Source: an uncultured Chthonomonadaceae bacterium (GTDB taxonomy: Bacteria > Armatimonadota > Chthonomonadetes > Chthonomonadales > Chthonomonadaceae). Taken from it: 64,000 nucleotides of DNA. How positions within the stretch are numbered: the first letter of the stretch is position 1; each line of letters opens with the position of its first letter. The translations under genes were made by a program, and so were the position numbers. The stretch covers positions 32,001-96,000 of the forward strand of contig CAWIEK010000042.1 in NCBI GenBank assembly GCA_963835065.1, read 5' to 3'. Under the pieces are notes generated by a model, which saw only the letters and a list, made by a program, of their open reading frames with translations, was not told the DNA's origin and did not search any database. Shown piece by piece: positions 8,782 through 19,800 of this stretch.

Positions 8782-9633
8782 ATGATGAAAACCCGAACAC
8801 CCAACACCCAACACCGAACACTCAACATAGGAAACAGGAAACAGGGAACAGGGAACAGAAGAAACTCAATCGAAAATCCCTCAACCCTCAACCGGGCGTT
8901 TACTCTGATCGAACTGCTCGTGGTCATAGCCATAATCGCGATTCTCGCCGCGATTCTGTTTCCCGTTTTTGCGCAGGCGCGGGAGAAAGCGCGTTCCATC
9001 GCCTGCCTGTCCAATGGTAAACAGATCGGCACGGCCCTGTATATGTACGTTCAGGATTACGACGAGACATACCCGCAGGAACATCCCGCCACCGCCAACC
9101 CGGTTCAGGATGACAACGCCGGGCAGTTGGAAGCCGAGGACTATGGCTCACCCTTTGACAAAATCCTGCCGTATGTGGCGAGCAAGGACAGCAGCAAGAC
9201 CCAACTTTATATCTGCCCGTCTGACCCCGACCCACACGGCAAGGCCATTACGGATGCAGGCGGCAACTGTATTTCCAACAGCGCGCCGCCGCCCGGTCCC
9301 CTGAGCAGTTACATCATCAATGCCTATTACCTGTTCGGCGCGACCCTGGCGCAAATCAATGCCCCGTCACAGTCCATTTATGTCGTAGAACGCCGCAGCG
9401 AAGGCAACAAAAACACGGACTTTTGCGACGTGCATTACCACCCCTGGCTTGCGGAAGTGGAACTGCCAACAACGCCCAATGATACGGTCAATCCCGTCGC
9501 CCTTGCCGCCAAACGGCACACGGGCGGCAGCAACTACGTTTATGCGGACGGCCACGCCAAGTGGCAGCGCTTTGAAAACACGCGCAAGCCATTTGAGGGC
9601 CATACCCTTTATGGCGAACATCAGGCATTCTAA
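8782..9633 (+). CDS. prepilin-type N-terminal cleavage/methylation protein, DUF1559 with H-X9-DG motif
   Basis: [33 protein letters not shown]...CLSN.KQIG...[23 protein letters not shown]. Confidence 0.92.
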   Translation: MMKTRTPNTQHRTLNIGNRKQGTGNRRNSIENPSTLNRAFTLIELLVVIAIIAILAAILFPVFAQAREKARSIACLSNGKQIGTALYMYVQDYDETYPQEHPATANPVQDDNAGQLEAEDYGSPFDKILPYVASKDSSKTQLYICPSDPDPHGKAITDAGGNCISNSAPPPGPLSSYIINAYYLFGATLAQINAPSQSIYVVERRSEGNKNTDFCDVHYHPWLAEVELPTTPNDTVNPVALAAKRHTGGSNYVYADGHAKWQRFENTRKPFEGHTLYGEHQAF

Positions 9634-9717
9634 AAGGAGTTCCGCCTGCTCCTGCCGAAACTAATTACGTCTTTAAGACAGTCTCTACACCCTTTGTTGT
9701 GTTGAAGGTCCGTGATT

Positions 9718-10532
9718 ATGGCGTTAATGGTTCGGCAGTTGACCGGCGCGGATGCGCCCCTTTTGGAAGACTTGTACCGCAAAAACCCGCTGCGGTTTCT
9801 GACGCCGCGCATGAATCTGGAAGTGTACGGCTTTGACGGGCCAACGATCTGTTCGTGGGGAGCCTTCACGCCGGACGGCAGCGCGCTGCAAGGCATCTTA
9901 CTGCGTTTCAACAACACGGCGATCATTGCCGATCTGGATGGGAGCGCGGCGTCCGCGTTTGCGCCCACAGTGGATGAGGAAAGAGGGCTGTTCGGGGTGC
10001 GCGGCACGATGGAAACCGTCCGGCGGCTGCGCGCCAATTTGCGCCGCTATACGACTAATGGCCTGGAACAAAGCACATACATGCAGCTTGTGGTTCCGCC
10101 CTTATGCCCGCCCGAAATCCTGCGCTGGCCCGTCCGGCCCGCCCGGACGATCTGGACATGCTGGCCGCTCTATATGCCGGAGCGTATACGATGTTTCGGA
10201 CGCGCGACAACGTGCAGGCGAAACTGGCGGAAACGCGCGTCTTTGTGGTGGAGGAAAAGGCGACGGGACGGAGTCCCGCGCGTATTTCGGCCTGCGCCCT
10301 GCTCAACATGGAGGGCAGGGATGCCGGCCTGATCGGAGGCGTGTTCACCGCGCCTCTTGCGCGGGGCAAAGGCTACGCCGGAGCCTGCACCGCCGCGTTA
10401 TGCCTCGACTTGCAGCGCGACGGCAAGCTGCCCTGCCTGTTCTATGAAAATCCGATTGCGGGGCGCGTGTATCGCAGATTAGGCTTTGAAGAAATCGGAC
10501 AATGGGGAGTGCTATATCTGAACAAAGGCTGA
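9718..10532 (+). CDS. GNAT family acetyltransferase with one frameshift near 10122
   Basis: ORFs 9712..10332 and 10104..10532 join at PPEI/LARPARPDDL; acetyl-CoA motif IGGVFTAPLARGKGYA; NPIAGRVYRRLGF. Confidence 0.8.
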
Positions 10533-10735
10533 TATAGAATAGCCCCTGTCAAGAAATCGGTGTTCACTTCAAAAAACGTGTTATTTCTGCTTTCGGTTAT
10601 AGGGGCTAAAGGCACATACTCCAATCCTATAACGGCAAACCCCGCCTAATGCTTCACATTCAGATAACCAGCTACCGCGTATACTGAAGGGGGTCGCAAC
10701 CAGTGTGCTTCCTTTTTGCATTATGGAGGAACAAC

Positions 10736-11017
10736 ATGATGACAGTACAGCCGCCGCGCTACCCGAAAGAAGAGGTTGCCCAACGCGGCGACGAAATCTA
10801 TAACCGCGACATTCGCCCGCAGGTAGACACCGAGCAAAACAAAGGCAAGTTTGTTCTCATTGACATTGAAACCGGCGCGTGGGAAATGGATGCCGACGAA
10901 ATGACCGCGTTTAAGCGCATGGATACGCGCCTGCCGCACGCGCAGGTGTGGATGGTACGGGTCGGTTATCCTTACGTGTACCGTTTTGGCGCAGGACGCA
11001 CTCGGAGGAGCGCGTGA
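10736..11017 (+). CDS. small hypothetical protein of the type found upstream of clan AA aspartic proteases
   Basis: GGAGG RBS; RGDEIY...GKFVLIDIETG.WE.D...RVG; stop overlaps the next start (GTGA). Confidence 0.75.
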   Translation: MMTVQPPRYPKEEVAQRGDEIYNRDIRPQVDTEQNKGKFVLIDIETGAWEMDADEMTAFKRMDTRLPHAQVWMVRVGYPYVYRFGAGRTRRSA

Positions 11018-11391
11018 TTACCGGTGTTGTTACGGCTGCCCGAGAAGCCGTTCTCAGCATGACAGTGTACGATAGGAACGGGCAGCCACAAAAAGTCAAT
11101 TCTATTGTGGATACCGGCTTTACTGGGTGGTTTACCCTGCCGCCTGACGTTATTGCCGCACTCGGCTTGACATGGAAACGTTCGGCAAACGCCATTTTAG
11201 CCGATGGCAGCACGATCCTTACCAATGTTTATGAAGCCGTCGTGGAATGGGATGGGCAAACACTTACTATTCCGGTGACAGAAGCGGACGCTGATCCGCT
11301 CATTGGCATGTCGCTGATGTACGGCTACGACATTTTCATTCAAAATGTGGCTGGGGGCATTGTGACATTGAGACACCCTCTGCGGCCCTGA
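11014..11391 (+). CDS. clan AA (retropepsin-like) aspartic protease
   Basis: GTG start with GGAGG; catalytic IVDTGF, LADGS flap, PLIGMSL. Confidence 0.85.
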   Translation: MITGVVTAAREAVLSMTVYDRNGQPQKVNSIVDTGFTGWFTLPPDVIAALGLTWKRSANAILADGSTILTNVYEAVVEWDGQTLTIPVTEADADPLIGMSLMYGYDIFIQNVAGGIVTLRHPLRP

Positions 11392-11425
11392 CAAAAAGCA
11401 AATAGAGAGCATCGGCATCATCAGA

Positions 11426-11917
11426 TTACTCCAGCGCGATTTCTTCCGGGGTGAAGGCGGTGCGGTCATCGTTTAGCTGCCAGGCAGTCAGCGCGTCGGG
11501 TGTGCCGTCCAGAATGGACACAATGATATACGTGTACCAGGGTGAGGCCCACTCCCGATCATACACGCTCGGATGCGCGGGATGGTTGGGGTGCGAATGG
11601 TAGAAACCCAGCACTTTGCGCTTCGTGCGCCGCTCCTCCTGCATCAGCGCGAACATCGTATCCGGGGAGACGAGGTAGCGCCGCTCCTGCCCTACGGCTT
11701 CCACAGTCGGCGGCGCGGCCTGCAATTCTTCCTGCGCCAACACGCTGCGCTCAAAATCCTCGCTCGGCGCAAACGTGTTGTCCAGGCCCCGTACTTCCCG
11801 GACGATTTTCACATTATCGCTCACATCGCCAAGCAGCACACCCACGCACTCGCGCGGAAACGCTTCCACGCCATGTCGCCGTATCGCTTCCAAATCGGTT
11901 TCGGACATTCGTATCAC
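11426..11917 (-). CDS. M67/JAB-MPN metallopeptidase (Mec-like CysO-cysteine peptidase family)
   Basis: PRECVGVLLG and GFYHSHPNHPAHPSVYD JAMM motif; adjacent to cysteine synthase; start uncertain (GTG 11917 or ATG 11908). Confidence 0.85.
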   Translation of the reverse strand: MIRMSETDLEAIRRHGVEAFPRECVGVLLGDVSDNVKIVREVRGLDNTFAPSEDFERSVLAQEELQAAPPTVEAVGQERRYLVSPDTMFALMQEERRTKRKVLGFYHSHPNHPAHPSVYDREWASPWYTYIIVSILDGTPDALTAWQLNDDRTAFTPEEIALE

Positions 11918-11929
11918 GAGTTTCTCCGT

Positions 11930-12056
<127 letters not shown>

Positions 12057-12060
12057 CCCC

Positions 12061-13014
12061 CTACTCCTGCCAGAACCGCTCCGACAAGTAGCGCGTCCCG
12101 CTGTCGCAGAAAATGGTGACGATCACGCCCTCATCCAGTTCATCCGCCAGGCGCAGGGAACAGACCAGCGCGGCGGCGGCGGAAATGCCCACGAGAATGC
12201 CCTCCTCGCGCGCCAGGCGTTTCACCATCGCATGCGCGTCTTCCGTGCCGACCTCGCGGTTTTCATCCGCCAGTTGGGGATCGTAAATGCCCGGCACAAT
12301 GGACGTCGCCATGTATTTCATGCCTTCCAGACCGTGAAACGGGGCATCGGGCTGAAACGAGATCAGGCGTATGTCGGGGTTGGCTTCGCGTAAAAAGCGC
12401 CCGGTTCCCATAAACGTGCCGCTTGTGCCCAGGCCGGCCACGAAGTGCGTGATGCGGCCCTGCGTTTGCCGCCAGATTTCCGGCCCCGTGCCCGTGTAAT
12501 GCGCCTGCCAGTTGGCGGGGTTGTTGTACTGGTCGGGATAAAAGTATCTGTCCGGTTCCTTCGCCACCAGTTCGCGCGCCTTGAGAATCGCGCCGTCGGA
12601 GGAAAGGCGCGGGTCGGTCAAAATCAATTCCGCCCCATACGCCTGTAGTAGCCGCTTGCGCTCCTCATTGGCGTTGAGCGGCAGGCACAGATGCACGGCG
12701 TAGCCCCGCGCCGCGCCGATCATCGCGTAAGCAATGCCCGTATTGCCGCTCGTGGCGTCCAGAATGATTTTCCCCGGCTTTAACTTGCCCGTTCGCTCGC
12801 CATCCAGAATCATGCTCCGCGCCGCGCGATCCTTTACTGAACCACCCGGATTGGCCCATTCCGCTTTGGCGTACACGGCAACGCGGGGATTGCGCGGGCG
12901 AATACGGTTCAGGCGAATTAAAGGCGTATTGCCGACCAGATTGAGAAGCTCCACGTCGCTGTCAAGGGCAGGCCGCTCCCGCGCGGCCTCTTGAACCGGT
13001 GGAACCGGAGTCAT
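12061..13014 (-). CDS. cysM: PLP-dependent cysteine synthase (CysK/CysM family)
   Basis: GNTPL, KAEWANPGGSVKDR, DATSGNTGI, GLGTSGT and DSGTRYLS; alternative start at 13071. Confidence 0.88.
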   Translation of the reverse strand: MTPVPPVQEAARERPALDSDVELLNLVGNTPLIRLNRIRPRNPRVAVYAKAEWANPGGSVKDRAARSMILDGERTGKLKPGKIILDATSGNTGIAYAMIGAARGYAVHLCLPLNANEERKRLLQAYGAELILTDPRLSSDGAILKARELVAKEPDRYFYPDQYNNPANWQAHYTGTGPEIWRQTQGRITHFVAGLGTSGTFMGTGRFLREANPDIRLISFQPDAPFHGLEGMKYMATSIVPGIYDPQLADENREVGTEDAHAMVKRLAREEGILVGISAAAALVCSLRLADELDEGVIVTIFCDSGTRYLSERFWQE

Positions 13015-13520
13015 TGTTTCGCCTTTTCGCCCTTCCCGATGATGGGTTTGACCTTCAAAAATTGTGTTCATGGTTGTTTTTACGGCTTCGCTTACAGCGC
13101 CGTTCCGCCTGGAAAAGCTAATGGATAAAAAAGATTGATTTAATCAGGATTATAGCAGGGGAACGCGCCAAACGCAACTTTTCCGCCGCCACGCCTTTCA
13201 ATGTAGCGGCAGGCGAACGCCGAAAGTTCGTAGCCTTTCGGCTCCAGTACCTCCTGAACGGCGTCCCTATCAACTACAAACTATCAACTATCAACTCCTT
13301 AGCGGCAGCCAAGCGCAGATACAGGAGCAGGTAAAAGTGAGTGTATTACATTTCACAACAAGGATATGCCTTATTACGTAGCCGAATTTTCCAAAGCGGT
13401 GTTACAATGTTCAGCAGGAAAGTGGGCGGAGAAACCCAACGTAAGGTATTGAAATCAGTCACGAGGCACAATGCTCGCTTTCCCATGCCGTATTGGATTA
13501 ATTTGAGGAGAAAACTATTT

Positions 13521-14627
13521 ATGAGGAACAGTCCCACGCCTGCACAACTTGCTATTTCTGACGACGTAAAATCAGACCACAATGCTTCCATGAACGAGAA
13601 AGAGACCGGTAGAAGTGAAACTAGAGTATGCGCCCATGAGGAGCGCTTGCGTTTGGCTCTGGATGCGGCCCGCATGGGCGTATGGGATTGGAATTTGCAG
13701 ACGGAGGAGTTGTCGTGGTCGGCCGAGCATTACGCTCTTTTCGGCCTGGATGCGGCGCTGGCAACCGGAACGTATGACGATTTTGCCGAGCGCGTCCATC
13801 CCGACGACCGGGAAGAACTGCGGCAAACGGTTCAGCGCGCCCGCGATACGGATGGGGAGTATCGGCACGAATACCGCGTGGTTTGGCCGGATGGAAGCCT
13901 GCACTGGGTAGCGGGACACGGCAGATTCTTATACGACGGGGACGGTAAGGCAATCCGCATGACGGGCGTGCTGATGGACGCTACGGAGCGCAGATGGCTG
14001 CAAACACAGATGGAAGCGCAGATGGCACAGGCGCAGCAAGCCAACCGCGAACTGGAAGCCAACCGCCGCCAACTGGAAGAAGCCAATGCCCAACTTGCCC
14101 ATGCAAACGCGCGCCTGGAAGAACTCGTCACAACGGATGATCTGACCGGCCTGAAAAACAAGCGCGCGTTCGAGGCGTTTTTGGAGCGGGAGTACCAGGC
14201 GGCGGCGCGTTACGAGCATCCCTTATCGGTGATTCTGCTGGACGCGGATAAGTTCAAACAGGTGAATGATCGCTGCGGGCATCCGGCAGGCGACGCGGTG
14301 CTGCGCTGCATGGGAGAACTGCTGCAAACCCATTCGCGGCAAACGGATATGATCGCCCGTTACGGCGGCGAGGAGTTTGTGTACGTGCTGCCCGGTACCG
14401 ACGGCGCGGGGGCGGTTGCGTTTGCGGAACGGGTTCGGACGGCTCTGGAAACGTATGCGTGGGCGGAACACTGCGCGGAACAGCCGGTCACGGCCAGTTT
14501 TGGCGCGGCTACCCGAACCTCGATGACACAAAGCGCGGCAGAGTTGATTGCGCAGGCGGACCGCGCCCTGTACCGCTCCAAGCGCCGGGGCCGCAACCGC
14601 GTCACGCATTTTGCCGATATGTCCTGA
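13521..14627 (+). CDS. PAS/PAC diguanylate cyclase
   Basis: GVWDWN...VHPDDR...EYRVVWPDGSLHW PAS_3 domain, coiled coil, DDLTGL, RQTD I-site and GGEEF. Confidence 0.92.
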   Translation: MRNSPTPAQLAISDDVKSDHNASMNEKETGRSETRVCAHEERLRLALDAARMGVWDWNLQTEELSWSAEHYALFGLDAALATGTYDDFAERVHPDDREELRQTVQRARDTDGEYRHEYRVVWPDGSLHWVAGHGRFLYDGDGKAIRMTGVLMDATERRWLQTQMEAQMAQAQQANRELEANRRQLEEANAQLAHANARLEELVTTDDLTGLKNKRAFEAFLEREYQAAARYEHPLSVILLDADKFKQVNDRCGHPAGDAVLRCMGELLQTHSRQTDMIARYGGEEFVYVLPGTDGAGAVAFAERVRTALETYAWAEHCAEQPVTASFGAATRTSMTQSAAELIAQADRALYRSKRRGRNRVTHFADMS

Positions 14628-14656
14628 CGCGGTTTTTCTGCCTCAATATCTCTGAT

Positions 14657-15961
14657 TTAACGTTTGGCGGTGACGTCGGCGATGATTGGCAGCAGCAGTT
14701 TCTCGCCGGTCGGCATTGTCACGATCACCTGCGCCTGCAAGGGGCCGACAGGCGTGTCGCGGCTCAGTGTCACGCCCACAACGCTGACATTGGCATGACT
14801 GCCGGCGGGAGCCTCGCGGCCTGAAACCAGAGTTGCGCTTACCCAGGGGCTGCTGGTAGTAATGGTCAGTTTTTGTGGATTTAGCGGGGAACTGCCAGAC
14901 AGCATCACCTGCCGCGCCGCGCCGGTGCCTTCCATGAGACTGCCGAAATATACCGTTTTGGGCGCAAAGGCAATTCCCCCGGATACTTCTCCAACAATGG
15001 GAATACTAAACGCGATGGCCGGCTCCTGCGATACGGCGGCTGTTCCCCCGCTTGCCGGCGCGGATGCGTTTGTCGCCAAATGCGCCCGGTTTCCTGCCGC
15101 ATTGGCGCTTGCCGGCGTTGTGAATCGCAGCGCGCCCGTGAGCGGCCCGTGACGCGAGGGCGAGCGAAGGGCGACCCGGTAATGCTGTTCCGTCCACGCC
15201 TTGCCGTTGCGCGTGATCTGCTGCGGCTTGCCTTCCGGCACAACAGACACATCCGCGTTGGAACTGACCAGGGGCGGCAGAACTCCGGCGGGCGTCAGGG
15301 CGGCGTCCATGCTGACGGTAAGCGGCAGGGAGTCGTTTAATCCGCCATTCAACGCGCCGAAATTCAATAGAGACGGCGCGGCAATAATCGAGGTTCGGAC
15401 GGAAAGCGCGATGTCCAGGGTTGCCAGGGGCGTCGTGTTGCCGGGAGCATATACCCACGCCATTTTGTGCATTTCCCCGCCATGCTGGCCCGCCATGCGG
15501 ATGGACACGCGCACCTGTACCTTTTCGCCGGGCAGAAGCGACGTTTGGCGCAGGGGCGTGTTGTCTTTTGTCAGCAGCAGCGTTTCACAGCCGCACGAGC
15601 CGCGCAATTGCCCGATGACGATGGGATGTGGGGTTGTGTTTTGCAGCGTAAACACCCGTTCCAGATGGGGCGTTGTGGCCGGGTCCACTTCCCCCGCGTT
15701 CCAGCGCGCGCTGCCGGGCGCGACAATATCCACGCCCGGTTCCGGCACAATCGTAAGCGGCGTTGCCGGCGCGGGGGCGGGGCGGGGTATGGATGGCGCA
15801 ACAGTGCGGGGTGTTGTTGGCGGGGGGGTTTTGAGCGTGGAACTGCCGGGTTGGGAAGCGGGCGCAGACGCGGGTATTTGCGCGTTCAGGCGCGTCTCGA
15901 AACCGGCTCCTGCCGCCAATACAAGCGCCAGAAAAGAAAAGCGGCGCAATCTATTTTGCAT
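14657..15961 (-). CDS. DUF1573 (Ig-like) domain exported protein
   Basis: Signal peptide; F.LQN....I.I.QLRGSCGC...LLPGE...V.V; tandem Ig-like P..L.FG units. Confidence 0.75.
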   Translation of the reverse strand: MQNRLRRFSFLALVLAAGAGFETRLNAQIPASAPASQPGSSTLKTPPPTTPRTVAPSIPRPAPAPATPLTIVPEPGVDIVAPGSARWNAGEVDPATTPHLERVFTLQNTTPHPIVIGQLRGSCGCETLLLTKDNTPLRQTSLLPGEKVQVRVSIRMAGQHGGEMHKMAWVYAPGNTTPLATLDIALSVRTSIIAAPSLLNFGALNGGLNDSLPLTVSMDAALTPAGVLPPLVSSNADVSVVPEGKPQQITRNGKAWTEQHYRVALRSPSRHGPLTGALRFTTPASANAAGNRAHLATNASAPASGGTAAVSQEPAIAFSIPIVGEVSGGIAFAPKTVYFGSLMEGTGAARQVMLSGSSPLNPQKLTITTSSPWVSATLVSGREAPAGSHANVSVVGVTLSRDTPVGPLQAQVIVTMPTGEKLLLPIIADVTAKR

Positions 15962-16679
15962 GGTACGTGCCTTTCCGGGTAGTGGAACGGGAAGAGGTTT
16001 GGGGTTGGGCGGGCGCGTCGCAGCGTCGTAATTCCGTCAGAATACGCGACACCAGGGCGGGCGCGGCGAACGCTTTTGCCCCATCCGCAGGCGAAGGGTT
16101 GGTATAGCGCAGGATGCCGCGCCGATCCAGGACAAACACGCGGGGGCAGGCAAGCGCCTGATAGCGTTCCGCCGCCTGATCCGTGTCATCGGTCAACAGC
16201 AGGGTTTGTTTCGCATCCAGCCCGGTTTCGATTATAAAGCGCGAAGCGTCTGCCGCCGCGCCCGTATACACCACCAGCGTCAAGGGGGGATGCGTTGCCG
16301 CGCCTGTGGCTTTTGACGGGGGCTTTTTTGCCGCTCCCTGCGCCGCTTCCGGTTTCCCCATTGCCCCTTGCAGGGTTTCCGGCTTTCCTGCCGCCATTGT
16401 GGGCGTTGCTTCCAATTCCCCGCTTCGCTGCACATCCGCCCACGCCCGCGCGCACTCGTGGCACGGTTCGCACCCGCAGTAAAAGAACAGCAGAACGCTG
16501 CGCCCCCGATACGACGCGAGGGCATGGGGTTTGCCCTGCGCGTCCGGCAGCGTAAACGCCGGAGCCGCCTGTCCGAGTTGCGGCAACGGCGGCGCAGACG
16601 GCGGCGCGGCCAGGCAATGGCTTCCGCTTCCAAGCGCCAACGCGCACAGCAACATTCGTACTATGCCCTTGTTCACCAT
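15951..16679 (-). CDS. redoxin/AhpC-TSA domain exported protein
   Basis: GQAAPAFTLPDAQGK..ALASYRGR.VLLFFYCGCEPC; PRVFVLDRRGILRY. Confidence 0.8.
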   Translation of the reverse strand: MVNKGIVRMLLCALALGSGSHCLAAPPSAPPLPQLGQAAPAFTLPDAQGKPHALASYRGRSVLLFFYCGCEPCHECARAWADVQRSGELEATPTMAAGKPETLQGAMGKPEAAQGAAKKPPSKATGAATHPPLTLVVYTGAAADASRFIIETGLDAKQTLLLTDDTDQAAERYQALACPRVFVLDRRGILRYTNPSPADGAKAFAAPALVSRILTELRRCDAPAQPQTSSRSTTRKGTYHAK

Positions 16680-16728
16680 TCTTCGCCTTTCGCCTTAACT
16701 TTTCAGCGCCATCTCCCAAGATACCAGT

Positions 16729-16790
16729 CTCCCCTCTCCCAAGCTTTTTGGGAGAGAGGGCGTGTCCACAAGTGGACGCCCGGCGAGGGC
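16729..16790. repeat. REP-like double hairpin
   Basis: CCCTCTCCCAA...TTGGGAGAGAGGG followed by GGGCGT(G)TCCAC-AA-GTGGACGCCC. Confidence 0.55.
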
Positions 16791-16814
16791 CTGAATCAAT
16801 ATATGGAATGAGGT

Positions 16815-19800
16815 TTAGCGTGAGCCACTCCCTGCCAGAACGCGCGTTGTATATGCAATCCCCACGTTGGCGGGGTTGGTGAAGTCCAGCGTCAGGGTGG
16901 TCGTGCCGCCTGCGCCGAGCGCGCTGCCGGACAGCGTGGCGTTGATATACGGGCTGTTGACGGGCGTCAGCAGGTTGGTCACGCCGGTTTTATTGTACAG
17001 CGCCACGCCCGCGTTCAATTTGTCGAGCGCAAGCGAGATGGGCGCGGTGATGGCGTTGTTGCTCGTGTTGGTCAGGGTGATGGTCTGCTGATAGTGTCCC
17101 GTCGAGCGGTTGTACCGATACGCGGAGCGCGTCACCGTAACCTTATCGCTGACATCCTGCGCGATGGCGTCAATGGTGAACAGCAGGCCATTGGACTTGC
17201 CGCCACCCGGCGCGGGATTGGATACCTGTACGCTGGCCGTGCCGCCATACGCGAGGTCGGCATCCGAGACCGTGAAACTGACCTGCGCCGACGACAGGTA
17301 CGTGGTCGGATGGACGACGCCGTTCCAGGTGACGACGGAACTTTCCACGAACCCCGACCCGGTAATGGTGATCGCAAATCCCTTGCTGCCGGCTTTGGCC
17401 GAAGTGGTGGACAGGGACGTAAGCGACGGCACGGGATTGTTGACGGTAAAACTCATCACATTGGAGACTGCGCCGAAACCGCCGTTCGCCACCATGAGCG
17501 TGGCGGTTCCCGCGGCGGCAACGTCACTGGCGGGGATCGTGGCGCGGAGCCGGGTCGCCGACAGGTACTGCGTGATGCGCTGTGAACCGTTCCAGTACAC
17601 CTGCGAGTCGGCGGTGAAGCCGGTTCCGCTGACGGTGAGGGTAAAGGCTGGGCTTCCCGCCACAATGGAAGCCGGGTCCAGCCCGTCCAGCGTGATTTTC
17701 GTGACGGCAAGCGGCACGATCATTGCCAGCTTGTCGCGAGAACTGGTCACGAGATAGCCGTACCAGGGCGTAAACAGGATGCTGTCGGGGTTTTCATCCG
17801 GCAGTCCGAGCGTTTTGTACATTTGGGCGGCCACATCGTAGTATTGGGCGGACGAGTTGACCGACAGCGGTGTTTGCATTCGCGCGCCGTCTTGCAGCGT
17901 CAGGGTTTTGGTTCCGTCCGTCACCAGCAGGTCTTTCCAATCGACGGTGAACGGGAGCGGGTTGCCCAATTGCGTCAGGCCGATGTACGGCAGGGACAGC
18001 GAGCGATCCGCAAAGTCCACGCGGTAGCCGTTGAACAGAATGGATCGTACTTCATTCCGATTCGTTTGCAGGAGATAGCCTTCGCCCGTCAGCAGATTGC
18101 CGAAAGCGCGGGGGCTGTCTTTGCTGTAGAAAATCGTGTCCTGAATGGTACTATCGAAACGGGACAGTCGCCCCGACAGGCCCGACCGTCGCCGGGATCG
18201 AAATTGGTCAGCACTTTGGGCGGGGTGGGATCGAGCGGCATACCCGGCAGGGCGAACAGGTTGGTTCCGGGCGCAAGCTGGCCGGGCGGCGATTGGAACG
18301 TCAGCGCCAAGCTTGCGGTATCGGTAAACACGTCCTGTGCGCGGCGCGTCCTGATCAGGGGGCTGTATTTGCCGCCACAAATTCCATGGACGCGATCCCG
18401 GTCATGCCAACGACATCGCCCACAGCGGGCGTACTGCCAAGCGCAGGCAGCATCACCTTGACTGGTGTACCGTAGCCATCATCGAGCAGCAGCGCAAGGC
18501 TGTTGACCGCCGTAACCCGGCTCAACGTGCGCGTCAGCAGGCCAACCGTTGTCAGGCCGGAGCCGCCCGTCATGCCGATTTGCCCCGCGCCGCTGTCGGG
18601 ATCGTAGGCGTAATCGCCGCCGAAGTAATGGCGCGTGGTCAGGCCGAGCGGACTGATGCCTGCGCGCCGGTTACGTTCACCTGGCTGGCCTCCACGAAGC
18701 GTTCGCCGTTCGCGTCCGTTCGCATGGTTCCCATGACGGTGGCGAGCGCGCCCTCGCGGATGGTATCCTGCGGCGTGCTGTAGATCACTTTCAGCGCGGA
18801 ACTCCGATCCTGCGCTTCGACATAGAAACTGTCGGAGTAGTGGGCCGTAATGACGACATCCGTCAGAATCACCTGCAGGCCGTTGCCAAGTTTTTTGGCT
18901 CCCCCGGCGGGACGTTGGCGGGCGCAAGCTGTCCGTAGATAAGCGTGTACGCGCCGGTCGTGTCCTTGTCGAACACGTACAAGCGTTGCTGGCGATCCGG
19001 GGACTGCCCGACAAGGCGCACCGTGCGGTCTGTCGTCCAGGCGTTGTCGCCAACGCGAATTTCCTTGCCGTCGGAGCGGATCACGCGCAGCAGTTGGTAC
19101 TTGCCTTTGGCCGGGTCGTTCGTCCGCATATAAACAAAGCCGCCGGACGGATTGGACAGCGTCAGCTTCACTTTGAGATGCGCGTTCGACACCGCGCCAT
19201 CCGTCATGGCATCCGTGCGGGCGGTAACAGGGCTGGTCGTGTTGTCACTGCTCCAGACGGTATCCGGCAGTTTGTTCACGTCGGGAATGTCGTTGACAAG
19301 GAAATCGGGCTTGCCGTCGTCGTCGGGTCTACAATGCGGACGACGTGTTCCAGTATCGTGAATGTCCACGCTGTCAATCAGGGACGTGCGCGGGTTGCCC
19401 AGATCATCGACATGCTTAAACTGGCGTCGTAATCAATAAACTTGCCTTGCAGCGTGGAAGTCATAAAGAAGGTTGCGGTCGCTGTGCTTTGCGGCGCGAG
19501 GTCGCCCAGATTGACCAGAAGCGAGGGCGAGACGGGCATCGCGTTGACCTGTGAGCCAATCAGCATGAAGGCGATGAGCAGGCCCTTCTGGTTGTCCACG
19601 ATTTGCGGCTGCGACGAGGCGATCTGCAAGTTCGCGCCGTGCCATAGCCCTTGTTGACCACGAGCAAGCCGAGAGCAAACGGCTCTGACGGCTCGATGTC
19701 GGGCGTAAACGGATCATCGGCATACACGTCGCGCTGCCAGAAATAATGGAATTGCAGCAAGGGATCGGGCTTGACGATGATCGGCGTCGGGTCAAGGGGG

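Noticed and set aside
9718..10532. Programmed frameshifting in the GNAT genes or the YHYH gene
   Set aside because: No slippery heptamer seen at the breaks; single-base indels are common in this window and fit sequencing error
10590..10680. Resemblance to a c-di-GMP-I (GEMM) riboswitch (GGCAAAC and GATAACCAGCTACCG)
   Set aside because: The elements are in the wrong order and there is no GAAA-capped P2 or GCAAA junction; only a simple GTTATAGG/CCTATAAC hairpin is supported
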